64,000 nucleotides of DNA from Mobula hypostoma (taxonomy: Eukaryota), in assembly GCF_963921235.1 (NCBI RefSeq), contig NC_086109.1, positions 15,130,001-15,194,000 on the forward strand. The letters are read 5' to 3'. The notes beneath the pieces were generated by a model. That model searched no databases and was not told where the DNA came from. It was given only the letters and a program-made list of their open reading frames with translations. The position numbers and the translations under genes are program-made. Positions 35,601-48,045 of this stretch are shown piece after piece; the stretch's first letter is position 1, and each line of letters opens with the position of its first letter.

Positions 35601-38600
35601 GAGATTGCCAGGGGGGCCTCTATTTTAATACCCAATTGCATGCAAGATGGAGGTGGAGAATCACACTCTGCAATTGTAATGATGAAGATCCACATAGTGC
35701 TGTTGGTTAGGGAGTTCCATTACTTAGACCCAGTGTAATGCCAATACAGTAATGAAGTAATAGCAATACCATTCCAAATTAGGATGGTTTTTGACTTGTA
35801 GGGGAGCCTCCAAGTGGTGATGTTTTCATGCCTGCTCATGGTAAAGTTCACAAGTTTGGGAGATGCCACTGGAGTATGACAAGTGAATAACTGCAGTGTA
35901 GATAGTTCATACTCCAGCTATTTTGTGGTGAGTTACTTGGTCAAAGTAATCGAGCTCTGACCTGCTCTTGTAGTCAGAGCACTCATATGACTGGTTCATG
36001 ATTTCCCAGAATGCTTATGGTAGAGGAACGTCATGAGCAGGAGTTTAGACTCACTCTTGTTGGAAATGGTCATGTGTGACACTTATCTGATGTGAATGTT
36101 ATTTGCCACTTAACAGCCTGTGCCCAAGTGTTGTCTGAGTTTTGTTACATCCTGGTGTGGACTGCTTCATTTGCTGAGAAATTGTGAATAGAATTGAATA
36201 CTGTGCAATCACCAGCAAACATCCTTACTTCTAACTTTACGATGGTGGGCCATTGATTAAGCAGTTGAAGATGGTTAGGCTTTAAACACTGACCTGGAGA
36301 AGGGATGATATTCCTCTATCAACCTGAACTAGCATCTTCTGTGATAGATGTGAGCTTTTCCTCTTTTGACACCCATTGGCTTTGGTTTTTGTGACAATTA
36401 ATATATTTACTGTTATTTTACTTTTCACTGTTAAACACTTACTTAGTAATATTGTGATATTGTGACATGTTTGAAGTTACACCTTAATAGACTAGGAAGC
36501 ACCAATTTTTTTCTATTCAACCCCAAATTATCTAGCTCCTTAGAATTTGACTTTTGATCACCTTAAGAGTTTAACTGACTCAACATCAACAGTTATGCAT
36601 TCCCATAACAATACTCCGAAATCTCCCAATATTCTTCTTCCAAGACTTCATTTTCTTGCTATTTAACCCTCCATGGATGTTTTAAAGCCAGGACTGAAAT
36701 TTGTCTGTCGTATTAGTCCTACATCTCATTCCTGTTCCAACCACCTCTGGTCTATTACATTGTTTTGCTAAAGCCCAAAGTAAGCTTGATGCAGCATCTC
36801 ATGTACCGTTTTATGATTACATAGGCTGTCAGCTCCCAATCTTAATAACACTCTGCGACGGAGATACGGACATGACATTTTATAAAGTTCTAGAGAGGCA
36901 CGTGAATGTCAGTAATTCCCATGCCCACCTTGTGCTCACAAATCGCAGAATGCCCGTAAAAATAGCTTGCTTGCTGGGTTGAGTGGAGAACAATGCTATA
37001 ATGTGACCTAACAAATAGACTTTTGCTGAAATTTGAAACAAGATATAATAAGTAGGTGGAAATTAATAGTCCCACTTTTAAGAGGGTAACTTTTGCTATC
37101 CAATCCGAATACTTATACAAAAATATATTAGTATAGAAGCTTCCTCCAGAAAGCTTGATGCATGACTGTATTAGCTTGATAGTTCTTAATAACCTATATT
37201 TATCTGAAGTAGTGTTATTGAATACTGTATTTAAGCTGTAGTTTAAATGTTGTGTAGTTAATGTTAAAGGTTAAACTCTGAAATTTTCAATTTTGATGCT
37301 GAAGTTAATGATTATAATAGAAAAAAAAAGTCATACTCCTAGTATTTAGCAATGAGCAAATTCCTGGTACTCTGTCGTTCTGACAATAAATACAACATCT
37401 TCCAAGGCTATCCCACCACTCCACCATCATATTCTATTTTTATTCATTTTCCTTGCCAGCTGCTTAACTCTTGCACCCAGTTGCCAATAAATGAGTCACA
37501 GCAGGAACTGGTCACCCACGAAAGAATAGCCAGTCTTAACATTTTCATACTGGCTGTACTATGAAATTATTTGATTGTGACTGCCCTCAGCTGTAAGGAT
37601 GACCTTATTATTCTGATGTGATCTTGAAACAAAGTAAGCTGCCTCTACTAAACATGAATAACATGTTGTCTTTATGTGACAAATAGAAACTCAGTGATGT
37701 AAGAAAAATAGAACAGATGAGCTTATTCTTACACCTGGAGATCGTGAATCAACCAGAATATCAGCTGGGTTTATATGAACATGTATTTCTTCTTGATCAG
37801 CATTTTGCCTATGGACTGACTATCCAAAAATCACAAAATGTAGGTAAAGAAAAATGTGTGATCCAAATGCAAGAACCTGAGACATCAGTACATAATTTAG
37901 ATCTGCATTCTGAGAAATTGAAGCAGTTCTTGAATCTGTATGCTATGCATCAAAGGGGGGGGGGCTTTTCTAAACATACAAGATTAATTGATTCTTGACT
38001 TTTCACAGCAGATAGTGCGATCCCTACATGGCATCGTTGAAATTGAGTGCCATTTCATTGGATCAAGAAAGATTTTTAGTCAATACACATATCTTTAGCT
38101 GTCCATGGCATGAAAACCATGGAAGGTGAAAGAAATCTAATGACACATCAATTTAGCTATTAATTCTGCAAACTATTTTATAAGAATCTGTAAGTATTTC
38201 ACAATGTGCAATTTTATACACATTGTTTTACTTATTAGCAGTTATTTTCAGTATTTTTAAACTTATGAAAGATCACTAAAGCATCATTGTTTTATTCTTC
38301 ATAATCTTTTAATTTAATCTATAACTCCTTCAGACTTTAACCCTAATGTATCTACATCCTTCAAATTTTGATCTATTAATAATTTCTTTCATTAAGTTTA
38401 ATTGATTTATCATTAGCAGTTGAGCTTCACCTAGTAAGGGCTTTAAATTCCAGAATTCTCGGCCTAAACCTGCCATTTCATTCTTTTTCCAAGATCACAG
38501 GACTTATCAATTACCAATGAGGACATTTTACTAGTCAGGATATAGATATGACTTACAATTTGTGTTAGTGACCCCAAGCCTGTTACTTTAATTCTCCATC

Positions 38601-41600
38601 ACACTTTGTCTTTGGCTTCTTACATTGTTTAAACATAAATGTAATATGATGCTTTACAGCCCTCATCGTGCAACAATACCGAATTTGACAATTTCAGATA
38701 GCAAGACATTCCAGTTTGCACCTTAACCGCTCAGTCAACTTGGAACACTTCTTTTCGCTCTCCTGTCTGAATTGCTGAATATGTCCAGCAATTAGTGTTT
38801 TATACTCAAGTTGCATAACTGCATTTCTCTCCGTCTACAAGTCTCCTATAGATATACTATGATTAATAAATCTTCACTAGTTTTGTCAGCTGGCACTACC
38901 ATGTGTCTTTCAGTCTCTCTTGGGCTTCAGACTATCACATTATTTCTCTCGTCCTGGATTTTGAAATTTCTCCAGTTTCAATGAAGGGTCACTGCTCTGA
39001 AATATTAACTCTACAGATCTGCTCTATATTTTCTGTTTTTATTTTACAAGGTATTTTGCTTTTCTCCCCCTCTCTTTTGAATTCTCCTGTGAACTAAGAC
39101 ACTGCAGCACATTTTAGAATCTTGTCTTCAATGAATATTCACCTTACTTTGCAATACTGTCGTTATTATGACAATGACATTATTCTCTCTCCATTTACAA
39201 AAAAAAACTGATCTTGGCCACAATCTTATAATTTTTCTGCTTTCTCCTCAGTTACATACTTGGAAATTGTGAAGATTGACACCGACACTATTAGCACTTA
39301 GCGCAGTACTGCAGAATGCTCTGCTGAGCAGCAGACAAGTGAACATCAATTCATTCTTTAGCATTATGGTTTTTATTGAAAACCTTGCATTTGTTCTATC
39401 CTATCATTGAATCTATGCAGTTTTCAGACCACATGGCAAGCTGCTAAAACACAAAATGCACATGCATAAGCCAGATGAGTTTTTGGCCAATATCTGGTTT
39501 AACTTCATAAGATTGATGCCCACCCCATCTGGAGGAATGGTGGGGGGGGGGGGGAGATGAGTAAAAATTAAATCATCGGCTCACATTATGTTGACCAGAT
39601 TAAACTCTAAGGAGTTTCTAAATTAAGGGACACCCAAGAAAATTCAACAGTGACAAGTAGGAAAGATGATGAAAGGGAAATTTGTTTGTTAAGTCGCTAT
39701 GCCTGGGACTATCATTCTAATCATGATCAAAAATTACAAAACAAAACTTTACCTTGCTGGAGTATGGTGCCGTCTGCATTAACTGGCTGATAGACAATTG
39801 TCTGTCCTTCTGCAGTCTGCGCTACCTGCTGTCCTTGCACTATTTGCTGTTGACCCTATTTAGTCAAAAAAAAAGGGAAACATTTTTAAGGCCCTTATTC
39901 CAGCATTTATTCATCTCTGTTATATGATATATACAATACAGAAAGATATCAGACAGTTCAAGAGGACCTGTACTACGAGCCTGGTTTGATATTCCATTTT
40001 ATTTTTATTGGTACTTGTCACAGTGATGATGATGACTGCTGGATCAGTTTTTATATATAGTATATGTAATCGTAGTGGACAGTTACTGAACCATGGCAAA
40101 GTGGGGACCTAAGTTAAGAGAATCTCTACTGACGCTGCCTTAGAGGATGTACATGAATTAATGATTTTAAAGATATTGTCTGCCACTGGCTGTATATAAT
40201 TTCTTTCTGTAGCCAGAAATGAAATAATGGCTCTAATAATGTCTTCTCCAGGAAGAAAATAACTCTCAATAAATATAATAGAGCACATAGTTGCTAGGTG
40301 TCATACTTTATCTGTGTACTTCAATGATCTTGATTACAAACTGACATCCGTTTATAGGACAAATGGATTGCATAAACAAGGTTGTGGCAAGCACCTTGTA
40401 CTGGCAACAAGTCCTCTTCTGTCAAGACTCATTAAAGGACAAGTCTGAAATATCATTAAGTCGATGCTAAGGTTCAGAAAAATCCCATTATCCCTCTAGT
40501 TTCTCTATTCTCTCTCACAAGCTCATTAAAACCCTACAGCTCACCATACAGCTCAATTCACCTAATTTGGGGAAACTTACATTGGCTAAACCACCCAAAG
40601 ACTGGCACATCCTTCGGACTTAAGATGAAACTCGGAGACATTGACATGGTCACTGGGAAAATGCACAAGCTCCGTCGAGACAGCATGAGACGTTGGAACT
40701 GCACCTGATTCACTGGAGTTGTGAAATAGTTGCACTATTTTGCAGCACTACATGCAACATCAAACTGAGGACTTGCATCTCTTTAAAATTGTCAAAAAAA
40801 AAATCAAAGGGGAGAGGAATTTGCCTTTGTATTTAGATCAATAACCACCTCTCATCAAGCACCATTACACCATTAAAACAGAATTTTTTGGCAATTACAT
40901 CTCAGTAGTTTATTGTACACTGCTGTGCGTACAATTGCTAGCCAAAAATCCCATTCTGCAGTGATGACCGTATTTCAAAAATCATTTAACTGGCAGTGTT
41001 TTGGGCATCCTGAGTTTGTGAAGGACAGCATATAAATGCATATCACACTCCTTTGGAACTGGACAGTCAACTTCATTGCTTCCTTTAAATGAACAAAATA
41101 TAATAAACTATACAACATTTAAAAAAAAGTCAATGTTAGGTTTAAGACTGGGCAAAGATTGGAAGTCTCTAGATTGAACATTAAAGTGATCAAAATTAGA
41201 AGTATTAATTTGTTTCACTAAATGTATTTCACCCAGTTTATCCATAGAATAGTACAGCATAATACAGGCCTTGTGGTCCATGATGTTATGCCAATCTATA
41301 TAAACCTAGTCCCATCACCAGTTTAACCTCTCCCACAGTCGATAACCCCATATTTTCCTTTCACACATGTGCCCATCTAGGAGACTTTTAAATAGCTATT
41401 ATATCAGCCTCTACCACAACATCTGGCACCCACTCACCCTCATATCACAGATAGGGTCAGATGCATGTGATAGTTATCTTGGAGTACATTCAACTCATCT
41501 TGCTTATTCTATGTCTCTGAAAGAGTTACTAATTGGTTTTGTTCTCCTTTCCCATTTGTTGTGCATTTTTTTTCAAATATATATCCAATTTATTTTTGAA

Positions 41601-43965
41601 AGCATTGAGATGACATACCTGTGTTTGTCCTGCTGTAACAGCTGCCTGAGGCTGTTGAATAATAATTTGTTGTGTCTGACCTTGTTGGTTTTGGACTTGG
41701 ACAGTCTGTCCACTTTGGAGCTGGAGCTGGCTTGGTTGAACGAGCTGAATCTGAAAATAACAGAAATGCAGTTTATACTTGTTACACTTTATCAAATGAG
41801 GAAGTAATAGTTGTGGGTTCTAACATGCTGAAGATTTTGAAAAATTCTTCTTAAATCTCTCTAATTATTAGTTCTGCAATCATGAAGAAGCTGAAGGATA
41901 TTCTGAAAGGGTAATTTTAATCAAATGTATCCAAAATTGAATTCTCAACTTAATTATTTCCTTTAAGCTACAATAATTATTTTTAAAAGTGTAAAACTGA
42001 ATAGGAACAAGAAAAGTAAATGCAATGGTATTTCCTTTATATTCAAGTGTCACCCCATCTTTGAAGAGCTTCAAATTCATGTTCTCAAAATATAGAACAG
42101 GTGCATGAAGTCATGCCCATTAACTATCTAAGTTGTTAAATATTTAAAAAGCTACAGCTCAGAAATGAATACAAGACTCCCTCACTGATATAGTTTACAA
42201 GGATTATAAAATAACATAACTGGAATTAGTATTGCCAAGGAACTATCCACCATGATACTTTCTTTTGACAATCATCTTCAGCCTTTTTTTAAAAATAATG
42301 TACACACATTGCATTTTGAATATGGATTCCGTCATTCTTCTCGAGGATGCCGCTACTTGTTGGGACAGGCAGAAATGTTGCTTTCAACTAAAAGTAAATA
42401 CTCTGAGAAAAATATGTTATTTTATGAATAAGACTGTATGCTGACCTGTTGTATACCCTGCCCTCCAGAGACAGGAACTTGCATAATTGTCTGCCCTTGA
42501 CCTGTAGGCACAGCTTGAACCATGATAGGTTGACCAGTGGATGTGATTAGTTGACCACCACTGACTTGGACCATTAAAGGCTGACCCTTAAGAACAATTG
42601 CAGGAAATAAAACAAAATAAATGAGTAATACAGTGAATCATAAAAATATATTTATGCAATGTTCAAATCATTTTCAACAATGGTGATTAAGCTAATAAAA
42701 ACTATTTAGATTTTTTATTCTGCAGTTTTCTGTTGAGGGTTCCAATTCCTGATGGAAAGCAGAAAACAGCTCTCCTTTAAAATAATTCCTAAGAGTTCAG
42801 TTTTCAAGCAAAAGCATAAGACAGCTGAGTGTTGACATAATCCTTGCAGAACCACCAAGTTCAATCTGTTCTTGTTCGAAAATTAATGAAGACAGGATGA
42901 TAGATGTGGTTTATATGGATTTAAGACTTTTGACAAGATCCTACATGGTAGGGTGGTCCAGAAGGTTAATGCACAAGGGATCCAAGGCATGTTGGCAAGC
43001 TAGATCCAAAATTGACTTGATGACAGTAAGCAGAGGGAGGTAGATGAGCATTTTTCAAATTGGAAGTCTGTAAAAAGGGTGTTCGACAGGGATTGGCATT
43101 GTAATCTGTTGATTGAAACATACTGTACATAAATGAGATGTATGAAAACGTAGATGATCTGATTCTTAAGTAGGACATGAAAGTGATGGAGTTGTAGGTA
43201 GTAAAAGTAGATTGTCTAAGGATACTGTGGGGTATGTATCAGCTGGAAAATGGGCTGGAGTGGTGGCAGATATAATCTTGTCCACAGAAGTACAAGTTAA
43301 GGTATTCTGGAAAGCCAAAATTTCTGTGCTATACTGTATGATTCTATCTATGATTAAACATGTAGTGTGGCAAATTCGAGCAGGCGTTACTGAATTAAAG
43401 CCGCAAACAAGAGCCAGGAGGTAGTGTCAGCAGTCAACTTATTTGAGCACAGCATTAATTAGTAATACCACTATAGATAAGCCAAGGCAAACATAGAAAC
43501 ACTAAATCATGCCAGATTAAAATATTATCATTGTGGCACAGTATATTTTGTGCTATGACAGTTTTGAACAAAGTCTATGATATAGTTTACAATTTGCAGA
43601 TTTACATATCTGAGTTTCCAATCTTGCAGTCAGTATTGAGAAAGGAGGAAGATAAACTAAGGTAAAAAAAAAATGGCAAGCACCATTTCTGAACAGCGGC
43701 TGACACAGAATAACACTGACTGAAGGCCATGGACATATCACTCATTTGCCATCCTCTATCACTTTAGTTTGGTAAAATTTGGATCTTGGCTTCCCTTGTC
43801 AGCAGCAAGAATATTAATAATTTAAACATAATTCATAGCAAATTATGACATATCACAAACACAAATGCAAGTATTTTAGCTCCAGATTCTTACCTGTTGC
43901 TGAATTTGTCCCTGAACTACGATCTGTTCTGTGGAATTGCTGTTATTGGATGTGTACTGTTCCAT
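21986..43965 (-). CDS. NFYA: Nuclear transcription factor Y subunit alpha; complement(join(21986..22039,31736..31828,33668..33841,34960..35126,39753..39855,41619..41750,42446..42586,43894..43965)), 936 nt, 311 aa
   Basis: Eight GT-AG exons splice in frame: MEQYTSNNSNSTEQIVVQ, then a Q-rich activation domain, then the HAP2/CBF-B domain EEEPLYVNAKQYHRILRRRQARAKLEAEGRIPKERRKYLHESRHRHAMQRKRGEGGRFFSP, ending QVIRVA*. An in-frame TAG lies 9 nt upstream of the ATG. Confidence 0.96.
23970..24225 (+). mobile_element. tRNA-derived V-SINE (HE1-like)
   Basis: TAGCATTGTGGTTAG A box, GGTTTTAATTCC B box, GTAAGGAGTTTGCATGTTTTCCCTGTGACTGCGTGGG V-domain. Confidence 0.75.
25600..25980 (-). mobile_element. CR1 LINE 3' fragment
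   Basis: ANTRQYPFKVSGGMFRGDVR peptide typical of the CR1 ORF2 end. Confidence 0.65.
28763..28969. mobile_element. Penelope-derived palindromic short element
   Basis: Inverted arms around CAGTC-CTGCTGA-AGTGTCTTGGCCC-AAAACGTC-GACT (decayed hammerhead); TSD AAAATGGAAA at 28753-28762 / 28970-28979. Confidence 0.8.
31736..31828 (-). CDS. NFYA: NFYA exon 9 equivalent (DNA-binding helix A2; KYLHESRHRHAMQRKRGEGGRFFSPKEGDDI)
   Basis: Acceptor ttttacag|AAA, donor ATA|gtatgt; 93 nt. Confidence 0.93.
32628..32689. repeat. Compound microsatellite (AT)n(CA)n
   Basis: Directly visible. Confidence 0.97.
33668..33841 (-). CDS. NFYA: NFYA exon 8 equivalent (subunit-interaction helix A1)
   Basis: Acceptor catgcag|ATG, donor AGG|gtaagc; 174 nt; EEEPLYVNAKQYHRIL motif. 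Confidence 0.97.
34683..34856. mobile_element. Penelope-derived palindromic short element, about 100 bp from the NFYA exon 7 donor
   Basis: CTGCTGGAGGAACTCAGCTGGTCAGGCAGC / GCTGCCTGACCTGCCAAGTTTTTCAAGCAG arms; TSD ATTTATCTTAAACA / ATTCATCTTAAACA. Confidence 0.75.
34960..35126 (-). CDS. NFYA: NFYA exon 7 equivalent (VAVPVTGMITIPAASLAGAQIVQTG...GGMVM); alternative acceptors give upper ends at 35120 or 35108
   Basis: Donor ATG|gtaagt; three in-frame AG acceptors; longest form 167 nt. Confidence 0.92.
39753..39855 (-). CDS. NFYA: NFYA exon 6 equivalent (GQQQIVQGQQVAQTAEGQTIVYQPVNADGTILQQ)
   Basis: Acceptor aaatag|GGT, donor AAG|gtaaag; 103 nt. Confidence 0.94.
41619..41750 (-). CDS. NFYA: NFYA exon 5 equivalent (IQLVQPSQLQLQSGQTVQVQNQQGQTQQIIIQQPQAAVTAGQTQ)
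   Basis: Acceptor ttttcag|ATT, donor CAG|gtatgt; 132 nt. Confidence 0.95.
42446..42586 (-). CDS. NFYA: NFYA exon 4 equivalent (GQPLMVQVSGGQLITSTGQPIMVQAVPTGQGQTIMQVPVSGGQGIQQ)
   Basis: Acceptor cttaag|GGT, donor CAG|gtcagc; 141 nt. Confidence 0.93.
42860..43350 (+). mobile_element. CR1 LINE RT fragment
   Basis: IDVVYMD..FDKILHG remnants. Confidence 0.6.
43894..43965 (-). CDS. NFYA: NFYA exon 2 coding part (MEQYTSNNSNSTEQIVVQGQIQQQ); full exon 43894..44012
   Basis: Acceptor tttttag|GT at 44013-44014, ATG at 43963-43965, donor CAG|gtaaga. Confidence 0.93.
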
Positions 43966-46900
43966 TACTAACTAGAATACGTGAACAGTATCTCTGGAGA
44001 ATGTAGCAAAACCTAAAAAAAAGTAAGAGTGTGAAACTTTTATTCATTCTGTAAATCTCAGCATCAATTACAGTTCCAAAAGATACTTCAAACTATTTTA
44101 GATTTATCACAGCATTTCAGTGTAAATGCAAATATGGCAATCAAAACGTTGGAACACAGATCAAATGAGGTAAAACATTTGCAAATACAAGATGAAAATT
44201 GACAAAAATACATTAATTGCTGATCATGAAGGTGAAACCATGAAAAGATCAATTGATAACTTCTGATTTGAAAGTCTGGATGCTTTTAAGACACAAAATT
44301 AGAGCTTGAATTAGGTCTTTAATTAATCTGAATTAAAACACTGAATCAGGCTACATTGTTCAGTATAACATCCAACAAGTCAGACACAACAACAGCAAAA
44401 CAACTCCCTTCCTACTTCACAACCCCCATTGAGGACCTCCAGTCCTCATCTCTGGAGTGTGCTGACCACAGTACTTGATCTTGGAGATCGTAGATCTTTG
44501 TCCTCAGCACCTGCCGAACCAACCTCCGTACTTGGGAATCGTTGGGAGTCCAGCATCCAGACCTGCTGACCCACCTCACACCTGTGGACTAGTCTGCCAT
44601 GGGACTCTGACCCTAGGATTCGCTGACCTTGGGGATCACCGGCCTTTGCCCTTGCCCTTTTGAAGGTCTTGCCTTCAACATCTGCCAACCCAATCTCAGT
44701 CTTCAGATCTCAGAAGACTGACATTTGGACCTGTTCACTGTCCTTCTGCTTCCACACCTGCTGACTAAACTCTGGCCACCAACCTCTGACCTGGGATTCA
44801 TTGACCTTGGGGCCTTCCACCCTCAACCACAGGGATTGCTGGTATTCATTCTCAGTGCTCCCAACCCAATCTGTGTACTTGGGATTTTTGGCCATTAACT
44901 CCAATGCACTCTGACCTCCGGCTCCAGCCTCTAACTCTTCATTTACTGCATCTGATCTGTAACACTCCCTCATCTCTGTCCCTAAATCCTAATCTAACTA
45001 CTAACTCCTGTGCTGACCCCAAAACCCTACAAATTTAAAAACAACTTAAATCTGAGCCACAACCTCAATGGACATTACAGCTTGGTGCCATCTTGACCAG
45101 AAGACCTAATGTGATAAGGTAATGTAGAAAGCTGGTGTTAATCATCTAAATCTAATCAACAGAAATTGAGTTCTTTTGGCCAATATCTCTGATTTAACTA
45201 GCCTAAGCCTCACGGATTTACTTATGTTTTTCCCTCACATTGATTCTACAAGAGTAAATTTTATTCCAATTCTCAAATTTTGGAGGTTGTGGTTTGTGAG
45301 TTGTGTATTGGGACATGTCCATAACCCAATGGCCATAATTAGGGGTCACTTGTAGCTACCTTTTTTTTTGTGTACACAATCTTCAGAGCTATGCCATAAC
45401 GATGTTTGAAGAGCTTTGAGTAGTTAGAAGGCAAGTCATTCAGCACAAGATTCCTAACCTGCTTTTAAAGATGCAGTACTTAAGTGGCTGGTCCAGCCGT
45501 TTCTGGTCGGGATGTTGGTTAAATTCTTACTTCATGGAACTGCACCTTGCCTGGTAATTGTGATGTTACTGAATATATCTCAGCTAATGTGTGATATGAA
45601 CATTACATGTTCTATGTCAGCCTCTGCATGAGCATTACCCAGGTGTTTCTGGTTTTATTTTTAAATATGTAAGGAATAGCATAGAGAAATGAATATCAAT
45701 TACACCTCAGCAACCATTCTCACTTATGACTAATTATATCGTGTCATCATGAGTCAACCACAGAATCAAATTGAATATTCTCAAAAATTCCTGGACCAAT
45801 CTCCCAAGATAAAATGACTGACTTTCACAACCTGTACCATATTCCATTGTGCAGGTTAAGACACCAAACAGGAAGTATTCCTTCTGATCTGAACTGATTT
45901 GATTTTAATCGCTCCTCTGGAATGTAGTCGCTTTGCCTCACTAAACCAAATATGTAAAACAGGCTGGATCCCAATCAGAACCCAAATGGGGTTTCATGAT
46001 TAGATTATTAATAAACAAGTGTTACTTGATAGAACCACTGAAGTCGCCTCCTCCATGGCACTGGATAAGAATTAGACAAGATTGGATTTGTTTTGATCTT
46101 TGTGGATGGAATATATTTGGGGTATTTTCTTCACTGTCACAATGCAAGTGATGCATATTTTCTTTATGAAATAAAATATTTTCATTATGTAAAGTTGTAA
46201 GATTTCCATAATGTCACAACATGGATTATTCATAATATTTCCACTAATTTGTATGCACTGTGGAGTCAAATGAGGAACTTTCCACTGGCAATCTAGGGCC
46301 ACCTACCTGTGGAACCAAATCACAGCGTGGAGCAAGAAGGGAAGGATTATCATGGAAACAAAATACAACACTGATCTGTAAAGTTGTTTGGAATAAATCA
46401 AAATCTTCAAATGCATTATATAACCTTTCAGCAAATGTACTGCACATAAAATATTAAAACTGATACAGCCACAGTGGTTTATTAAGTGGGATTACAAGGG
46501 CTTAATAATTCTTAAATTTATGTTTAACACATCCACCTCTGAAGCCTATTGTCTCTACAACTACACTTATGCAAGGAAATACAAAATGATTTTCAGGTGT
46601 CAGCTAAGGCTTGGCTGACAAAACAGCTGCTTGGGTCAGAAGAAATAAACTGAGTGAGTGGAAGAAATGGGAATGAAACGGATGCATCTGTTACCTGGTG
46701 AATGCAGAGTTCCTATGGCACCAGCAATATTAAATGTATTAGATTCAGTTGCTGTGAGATACAAACTTCAAAGCTGTGACTGTGGCAATAATAATGCAAA
46801 GTAGAATACTGCAATTAATTCATTAAGAATTTTAGATATATATGCACAGGATGACAATACTATCTTGCTTCCTTTTATCATCTCTGTTATACTTTTAAAC

Positions 46901-47391
46901 ATTTACAGCATTTTTACTATAAATTGTTAAGAGAAGTTGCCTTGCTCACATTGTTACAAACAATAATTCATTTCTAGCAGCAAGTTCTGAATGTTGCACA
47001 ACTACTCCCAGCAACACCTAATTCAAAGGATAGTACACTTCAAATCTCATTCTGCTTGCCGAACTGCTACAAGTGTTTATACTTGACTTTGTATGTCAAG
47101 GCCAGAATGAATAACATTATAAAGGGAAATGAAACAATTTCTGGTGTAATTATCTCCATAACCCAAACTAAGCAATCTTCATTACGTCTGTATCTGACAA
47201 TATCTAAACCATCCCGTGCCTCACAGCTGAATTCCTCAAATATTGTGAAAGCCAACTTCTAAAACACTGCAACACACATCAAAGTTGCTGGTGAAAGCAT
47301 CTCTAGGAAGAGGTACAGTCGATGTTTCAGGCTGAGACCCACTGGCCATCTGGCTATGTAATGTATATCTTTCCTTTAATCCTTCATTAAA

Positions 47392-48045
47392 GATCAAAGT
47401 TCAAAGTAAATTTATTACTGAAGAACATATATGTCACTATATCCAACCCCGAGATTCATTTTGCTGCGGTCATACTCAGTAAATCCAAGAAACAGAAAAG
47501 AATCAATGAAAGACCGCACCCAACAGAACGGACGAACAACCAATGTGCAAAAGACAACAAGCTGTGCAAATATATAAAAAATAATAATAAACAAAATATT
47601 GAGAACATGAGATGAAGAGTCCTTGAAAGCAAGTCCATCGGTTGAGGGAACAGTGATGGGGCAAGTGAAGTTATCCCTTTGGTTCAGGAGCCTAATGGTT
47701 GAGGGGTAATAACTGTTTCTGAACCTGGGGATGTGGTCCCGTAACTCCTTTTTGACGGCAGCAATGATAAGACAGCATGGCCTGGGTTGTGGGAGACCTT
47801 GATGATGGATGCTGCTTTCCTGTGACAGTACTCAGTGGTGGGGAGGGCTTTACCCATGATGGGCTGGGTTGTATCCATTTTTTTTTAATAGGATTTTTCC
47901 ATTCTAGCACATTGGTGTTTCCATACTAGGCTGTTATGCAACAAGTCAATATGCTCACCAGCATATCTGTAGAAATTTGACAAAATTTTAAATGTCATGC
48001 CGAATCTTCACAAACTTCTAAGGAAGTAATGGCGTTGCTGTGCTT
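47392..48045 (-). mobile_element. Rex1/Babar-type LINE 3' fragment
   Basis: HRKAASIIKVSHNPGHAVLSLLPS peptide, homologous to 2812-3526. Confidence 0.7.

Noticed and set aside
39539..39555. Poly-G run (others at about 933, 1097 and 3075) as possible G-quadruplex elements
   Set aside because: Simple homopolymers of uncertain assembled length with no evidence of function.
41367..41854. + strand ORFs of 146 and 60 aa (also 34937-35194)
   Set aside because: Antisense shadows of Q-rich NFYA exons.
44380..45105. C-rich stretch with recurring CTGACC and three 60-90 aa ORFs
   Set aside because: Looks like a decayed interspersed repeat. The family cannot be named and the ORFs show no motifs.
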